From a virus (taxonomy: Duplodnaviria > Caudoviricetes): a stretch of 44,920 nt of DNA. The stretch lies in the IMG/VR virus record IMGVR_UViG_3300016722_000142, positions 1 to 44,920 of that record, one strand, 5' to 3'. Below are positions 42,974 to 44,920 of this stretch, piece by piece (position 1 is the stretch's first letter; each line of letters opens with the position of its first letter). Below the pieces are notes generated by a model. The model worked only from the letters and a program-made list of their open reading frames with translations. It did not search any database and was not told the origin of the DNA. The position numbers and the translations under genes are program-made.

Positions 42974-43039
42974 ATGTGGACGGAAAAATTCACAACAACC
43001 AGCCGGGGCGCAAGTCCCCGGCGCAACCGGAGACCGAAT

Positions 43040-43414
43040 ATGAGAGGAATCAAAATCAACCCGGCCGACCGCACCATCACGGAAGTCGATGTGCCGAATC
43101 CGAACAAATCCCTGCAAGGTCTCTACGACCTGATCGGATGCGACCTCGTCCAACTCGTCGAACTGGACAGAGGCATAATTTTGTGCTGCGACGAGGAGGG
43201 CAAGCTCAAGCCGGTCACTGGCGCATTCACCTTCTTCGGCAACGAAGAACTGGTCATCGCCGGAAACGCCGTCATCCTCGGCGGCAATGCCAACCGCTTC
43301 GGAAAACTTCACGAGAACAAAGCCAGCTTCGACATGATTGTCCAATGGGTAGCTCCGAAGGATGTGCCGGAACCCAAATTCACCTTCATACCGCTCACCG
43401 ATGAAAGGATTTGA
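43040..43414 (+). CDS. DUF3846-like protein
   Basis: IKINP...LQGLYDLIGCDLVQLV...CDEEGKLK...IAGNAVILG; GGAG RBS. Confidence 0.75.
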   Translation: MRGIKINPADRTITEVDVPNPNKSLQGLYDLIGCDLVQLVELDRGIILCCDEEGKLKPVTGAFTFFGNEELVIAGNAVILGGNANRFGKLHENKASFDMIVQWVAPKDVPEPKFTFIPLTDERI

Positions 43415-43416
43415 AA

Positions 43417-43653
43417 ATGCCGGACCACTTCTTCACCACAAAATTTTGTGACAGATGCCACTGCTCCCTAGCTGGAAAACCGCGGCGGATGTCCCGGTTC
43501 AACACCGATTGCCTCTGCTCCGAATGCGTAGAGGCGGAACGCCGGCATCCCGACTACCGCAAAGCGGCGGACGCCGAACAGGAAGCCGTGCGGCGCGGCG
43601 ACCGGAACTTTCCCGGCGTCGGCTGGCCGGGCGGAAACGGGAGACTCAAATGA
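43417..43653 (+). CDS. Small zinc-binding phage protein
   Basis: CDRC..MSRFNTDCLCSEC..ERRHPDY..GDRNFPGVG; AAAGGA RBS. Confidence 0.7.
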   Translation: MPDHFFTTKFCDRCHCSLAGKPRRMSRFNTDCLCSECVEAERRHPDYRKAADAEQEAVRRGDRNFPGVGWPGGNGRLK

Positions 43654-43859
43654 ACGGACAGAAATGCCCCGTCACAAACGTGACCGTGCGCCTCGTCGGA
43701 ACCGACGGCAATGCGTTCGCCCTGCTGGGCAAAGTCCGGCAGGCGCTCCGCCGCGCCGGATACGACGCCGGATTCATCGAACGGTTCACGAAAGAGGCGA
43801 TGGCCGGAAACTACGATGAATTGCTCGCCTGCATCATGCGGTATGTGAACGTGGAATAA
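43650..43859 (+). CDS. Small conserved phage hypothetical protein
   Basis: VRLVGTDGNAFALLG.V..ALRRAG...EAMAGNYDELL; GGGAG RBS, ATGA overlap. Confidence 0.75.
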   Translation: MNGQKCPVTNVTVRLVGTDGNAFALLGKVRQALRRAGYDAGFIERFTKEAMAGNYDELLACIMRYVNVE

Positions 43860-43935
43860 CCGGAACCCGTTTGGCGGCTAAGCTGGCACATGCCGTTCTT
43901 ACTGAGATGTTTATCTGCAATATATTACTTAACGT

Positions 43936-43970
43936 GTTGGCTATTAGCCTATTACACGCTTAATTAAGAA
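43936..43970 (+). promoter_or_regulatory. Repeated motif class II, copy 4
   Basis: GTTGGCTATTAGCCTATTACACGCTTAATTAAGAA in an AT-rich intergenic region. Confidence 0.6.
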
Positions 43971-44018
43971 TCAGCGGGCGGGAGCATGAGGCGACCGCCG
44001 GAACCCCGAAACGGAGAC

Positions 44019-44291
44019 ATGAAAATGATAAAGAAGAACGAAGCCCGGACCGCCTACGACGCCAGCGCCGAAGACTGCAAAAACCTCCTCGGAATGCTGA
44101 AATGCACCATCGAGAACCACAGTTATGAAAGCCGCATGGAGGGCGTCCACTGGGGGCATGTCGGTGACATGAACCACCTGCGGCAACTGCTGATGGAGGC
44201 GCAGATGAGCCTGAACCTCGATGCGGACACCGACGAGGACGAATACATGAAAGACCTCGCCGCCGGACTCAAGACGAAACGCAACGCCTGA
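44019..44291 (+). CDS. Hypothetical helical protein with VHWGHVGD motif
   Basis: GGAG RBS before ATG 44019; motif recurrent in small phage proteins. Confidence 0.7.
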   Translation: MKMIKKNEARTAYDASAEDCKNLLGMLKCTIENHSYESRMEGVHWGHVGDMNHLRQLLMEAQMSLNLDADTDEDEYMKDLAAGLKTKRNA

Positions 44292-44303
44292 ATGGAGGAT
44301 GTT

Positions 44304-44543
44304 ATGGAAATCACCAAGGAAGCCCTGAACAGGGAAATCGAACGGCTCGACGGAAAAATCGCGCAGGAACTTGAACAGATGAAACACTATGCGGAATGGA
44401 TTCTGGAACGGATCGGTAGTCCCGAATCGGTGGCCAACTACGGCTTCAGCCGGAGCATCGCCGGCATCGAGACCACGGTCAGGGAATACCTCGCCCGGCG
44501 CGAAGCCTTCCGCGATATCATGAACAGCATGGAGGAAAAGTGA
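44304..44543 (+). CDS. Hypothetical coiled-coil protein
   Basis: GGAGG RBS; operon continuity. Confidence 0.65.
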   Translation: MEITKEALNREIERLDGKIAQELEQMKHYAEWILERIGSPESVANYGFSRSIAGIETTVREYLARREAFRDIMNSMEEK

Positions 44544-44920
44544 TGAGCACGCGCGGAGCAATCGGGATGCGACAGCCGGACGGAAGCGTCCAGGCCGTCT
44601 ATGTGCATCATGACGCATATGTCGCCGGAGTCGGTGCAATCCTCGGCGGCTGGTATAAAACGCCGGAATTGGTCAAGGGACTCCTTGACCTTGGCGATCT
44701 GAGTAGTCTCGGAACCACGCTTGCGGACACGGTCGCCTACCGCCGCGACCGGGGAGAGGACATGCGGATAGCGAGGTACTACCGGGACATCGACGCCTAC
44801 CGCTGCAACGGCAGACGCGACCTCGGCGCCGACTACCTGTATCTGTATGACGGCAACCGCTGGCTGGCATACGGCATTCCCGGCGAGCCGGACTGGGTGG
44901 AAATCAAGGTTGAAAAATGA
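44543..44920 (+). CDS. Conserved phage hypothetical protein (STR..IG / YxHxD[GA]Y / GDLSSL family)
   Basis: MSTRGAIG..DGSVQAVYVHHDAY..GVG..L..LLDLGDLSSLG..YLYLY; GGAGG RBS. Confidence 0.75.
   Translation: MSTRGAIGMRQPDGSVQAVYVHHDAYVAGVGAILGGWYKTPELVKGLLDLGDLSSLGTTLADTVAYRRDRGEDMRIARYYRDIDAYRCNGRRDLGADYLYLYDGNRWLAYGIPGEPDWVEIKVEK

Larger units (their letters stand above)
1..44920. mobile_element. Temperate phage/prophage (siphovirus-like, non-contractile tail), near complete
   Basis: Ordered lysogeny, integrase, replication, packaging, head, tail and accessory modules; no host housekeeping genes; tape measure and tail tube present but no sheath; ends coincide with stop codons so boundaries are not shown. 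Confidence 0.95.

Noticed and set aside
1-44920. attL/attR sites or terminal repeats
   Set aside because: The window starts and ends at stop codons and I see no matching end repeats; serine integrase att cores are too short to call by eye

Overview
The whole window is a near-complete temperate siphovirus-like prophage or phage genome. It is GC-rich and trimmed at stop codons at both ends, so no att sites or termini are visible. Left to right it carries: (1) ImmA/IrrE protease and XRE repressor on the minus strand; (2) DUF2924, a large serine recombinase and an HTH protein; (3) a sigma-70-like factor; (4) a recombination/replication operon (RecE-like nuclease, Sak4-like ATPase, mini-NrdD glycyl-radical peptide, DUF669 SSB, RusA, SF2 helicase, YopX, BRO-N, primase-helicase) followed by an origin-like region; (5) a ParB-methyltransferase, an inverted vapBC plus HARE-HTH insert, terminase, and a C5 methyltransferase with an overprinted second gene; (6) lambda-type portal, protease-capsid fusion, connector and non-contractile tail genes with a -1 frameshift chaperone; (7) an unusual tail-end module and small accessory genes. 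The standout is in the tail-fibre region: a barrel-less, signal-less AIDA-I-repeat beta-helix protein overlaps an intact TibC/Aah autotransporter heptosyltransferase gene, suggesting a phage-encoded system that heptosylates its own tail fibre. A 1317-aa LamG + Ig + GH9 glycoside hydrolase follows. Two distinct fixed-spacing promoter-like motifs recur at 3 and 4 sites, and no canonical endolysin is recognisable. The host is probably an anaerobic Gram-negative PVC-superphylum bacterium (Lentisphaerae-like), which is inference only. All family calls come from motif recognition, not database searches.
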